From assembly GCA_051313645.2 (NCBI GenBank), contig JBNRSN020000107.1:2232001-2296000 (forward strand): a stretch of 64,000 bases of DNA, read 5' to 3'. The notes under the pieces were generated by a model. The model saw only the letters and a program-made list of their open reading frames with translations. It did not search any database and had not been told where the DNA came from. This stretch comes from Centroscyllium fabricii. Lineage: Eukaryota. Both the position numbers and the translations under genes were made by a program. Of the stretch, positions 61,164 through 64,000 are shown in pieces. How positions within the stretch are numbered: position 1 is the stretch's first letter; each line of letters opens with the position of its first letter.

Positions 61164-61766
61164 AATATTTTACATGAGATTGAAGTAAAGCCAATTAAAC
61201 TGATTATCCGGAGTAAGCAGGAAGATTATGGCCCTGAAATTCCATGTTGGGTTCTTCCAGTCACCCACTTCAACTTTGGCAGAACCCCCAACAAAACAGC
61301 GCAAAAGCAGTTTTCAGTCATTTACATTTTTGGTTCAGATTTCTAGCACCGGCAGTATTTTACTTTTGCAGAAATCAACTGTGGATTAGAGAGAGTGGGG
61401 AACTGGGCAGGATCCCAGTCCCGACTGCTCCCCAAGAACCCCTGGACAGGGTGGATACATGGACCAGGCGAGGAGAGCAGCGACGGACACTCAACTCAGC
61501 CTGGCAACACTGAAGGTCCAGCATTGCACGTTAACAGCCACATGACTGAAGGGTGAGTAGGCCAGATCGTCCGCCTGGAATCAAGAGCTTCAGAAGGAGT
61601 TAGATAAAGTTCTTAGAGCTAAAGGGATCGAGGGATATGGGGAGAAGGCAGGGACAGGGTACTGTTTGGATGATCAGCCATGATCTCATTGAATGGCGGA
61701 GCAGGCTCGAGGGGCCGAATGGCCGACTCCTGCTCCTATCTTCTATGTTTCTATGAATCACTGGGG

Positions 61767-64000
61767 TGTGGCGGTTTGCCACGGACTTACGGCCGAATCG
61801 CCCGGACTCATGGACCCTGAAGGCACTGGCCCGAGGCGCGCTACTCTCGCGAGGCCAGTGCCGACGCAAAGACGCCCCGCGCATGCGCACACGCGCCCGA
61901 CGCGCGGACGTGCATACGTCATTGCCTTAATACGCAATGACGTAGCCAGCGCTACTTATTCAAGGAAAAGGGCGCGAAAGCAACCACTCTGTAGTTAAAA
62001 GCATTAAAGAAAGTCGTTTTACCGTTACCTGTCTCAGGAGTTCTTTCGCCCGCCAACAAAACACAACATTGGTGACCTCGACGTTCGAAACGTATTTCGA
62101 ACTCAACGATGGCGGACGCAAGCATAGCCGCGGTCCGGCTACCTGAGTTCTGGACAAATCAGCCCGAAGCCTGGTTTGCTCAAGCAGAATCCCGGTTCAG
62201 ACTACACCGGGTCAACAAAGAAGAAGTGCGGTACGACTACCTCGTCACTTCGCTGGGGAGCTCCACGGTGACGGAAGTCTGGGCAGAGCTGCAGAATCCA
62301 CCTCACAGGGCAAGTACGCACATCTGAAGGCCGCGCTTCTTAAACGGTTCACCGATTCCCAGTACCAGCGCTGCAGCCAGCTCCTTGCCCTCCAGGGCCT
62401 CGGTGACGCTTCACCATCGCGCCTCCTCTCCCACATGCTCTCGCTCACGGATGAGAATCCCCCGGGATCCCTCTTCCGCACGCTCTTCATTCACCAGCTC
62501 CCTTCCAGCATCCGCCCCACCATCGTCGCGTCCGACCTCCGGAGCCTGGCAGACCTAGCCAGCCTGGCCGACAGGCTGATGGCCGGGCAACAGGGCCACG
62601 ACACCGCGGATTTGGCAGCCGCCGCCACGGCGCGTCCAGCCGCTCCCACCACGCGGCCGCCAGGAACAGCCCCCAGGCCCACACGACCGCCACGTCCCCC
62701 AGACCCGCCTAAGCCAGGGTACTGCTACTACCACGCCCGGTTCGGCGCCAGGGCACAACGGTGCGCACAACCTTGCACCTTTAAGCCTGCACTTACACCA
62801 GCCCCCACCATGTCCGTAGGACATGCGGGTTGCCTCCTGTATGTCACGGACGACAAAACCGGACACCGTTTTCTCTGCGACACCGGTGCCCAGCATAGCA
62901 TTGTGCCCGCCTCCGCCCTCGAAATCAAAGCAGGCACGCGGGACCCGGCGCTCGCCGCGGCCAACGGGTCCGACATCCCGACGTACGGCAACCGCACGGT
63001 CCAACTCCATCTCGCAGGGCGCTGTTATACGTGGGAGTTTCTCACCGCCAAGATACTCTCGCCAATCATCGGCGCAGACTTCCTTTGCGCCCACGGCCTG
63101 CTGGTCGACATGCCCCGGCGCCGCCTCGTGGACATCAACTCCATGACAACCATTCCAGGCGCCGCGACCCCAGCCCAGCCCGCCAATTTGACCATACAGT
63201 GCCACGCCCGTCCAACAGACGCTTACTCGACGCTCCTGGCCGCGTTCCCGGCCCTCACCAATCCGACCTTCACCGCTAGGGTAGCCAAGCACGGGGTAGA
63301 ACACTTCATCCCCACCACCGGCCCACCGGTGCACGCCCACGCCCGCAGGTTGGACCCGGCCAAGTTGGAGATCGCGCGGAACGAGTTTGCCACCATGGAG
63401 CAGCTCGGCATCATCCGCCGCTCCAACAGCCCGTGGGCCTCACCGCTCCACATCGCCCCCAAGCCCGACGGGGGCTGGCGCCCCTGCGGGGATTACCGTC
63501 GCCTTAATGATGCCACCACGCCTGATCGGTACCCAGTACCGCACATCCAGGACTTTTCGGCTAGACTGGCCAAGTGCTCAGTCTTCTCCAAAGTCGACCT
63601 GGTGCGCGGCTACCACCAAGTCCCCGTCCGCGCCGACGACATCCCCAAGACCGCAGTCATCACTCCCTTCGGGCTGTTCGAGTTCTTGCGGATGCCCTTC
63701 GGCCTCAAAAATGCCGCGCAGGCGTTCCAGCGGCTCATGGACTCGGTCCTACGGGACCTGAAGTTCCTGTTCGTCTATCTAGACGACATCCTGGTAGCTA
63801 GTTCCTCCAAGCGGGAACACCTCGAACACCTCAGGGCCCTGTTCACGCGCCTCAGCGAACACGGCCTCATCCTCAGCCCCGCCAAGTGCCAGTTCGGTCT
63901 CGACCAGATCGATTTCCTCGGCCACCGCATAACACAGGCCGGGGCCATTCCCCTGCCCAACAAGGTGCAGGCCGTCCAGCAATTTCCCCGGCCCACCACC
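61767..64000 (+). mobile_element. Ty3/Gypsy element, 5' part (LTR 61767-62068; runs off the window)
   Basis: 302-bp LTR TG...CA, PBS TGGTGACCTCGACGT, gag from 62109 with a frameshift near 62305, protease, RT YLDD; close relative of 27149-29714. Confidence 0.93.

Noticed and set aside
58053-64000. NANS exon 1
   Set aside because: No MPLE...IIAEIGQNHQG-like sequence was seen on either strand. It is presumably beyond the window end.

Overview
Vertebrate genomic DNA, almost certainly an elasmobranch (shark): it carries HE1-type tRNA SINEs, CR1/HER1 LINE tails and shark-type Penelope and Harbinger repeats. Two host genes face each other tail to tail: the last two coding exons of BDH2 (+, 11614-11706 and 19281-19334) and coding exons 2-6 of NANS, sialic acid synthase (-, 58052 down to 47148; exon 1 not seen). 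Most of the rest is nested transposable elements: CR1 and L2 LINEs, three Ty3/Gypsy copies (one full length with both LTRs and TSD), an ERV-like solo LTR, Penelope pieces with minimal hammerhead ribozymes, and Harbinger-, hAT- and pogo/Tigger-type non-autonomous elements. The most unusual signal is a set of four TA-flanked Tigger4-like elements with related ends but unrelated CpG-rich cargo. One carries the first coding exon of the chromatin gene MSL3 with its splice donor, and another carries an apparent spliced exon, which suggests a Pack-type gene-capture system. Gene and family identifications are from remembered protein and repeat sequences, not database searches, and repeat boundaries without a TSD are approximate.
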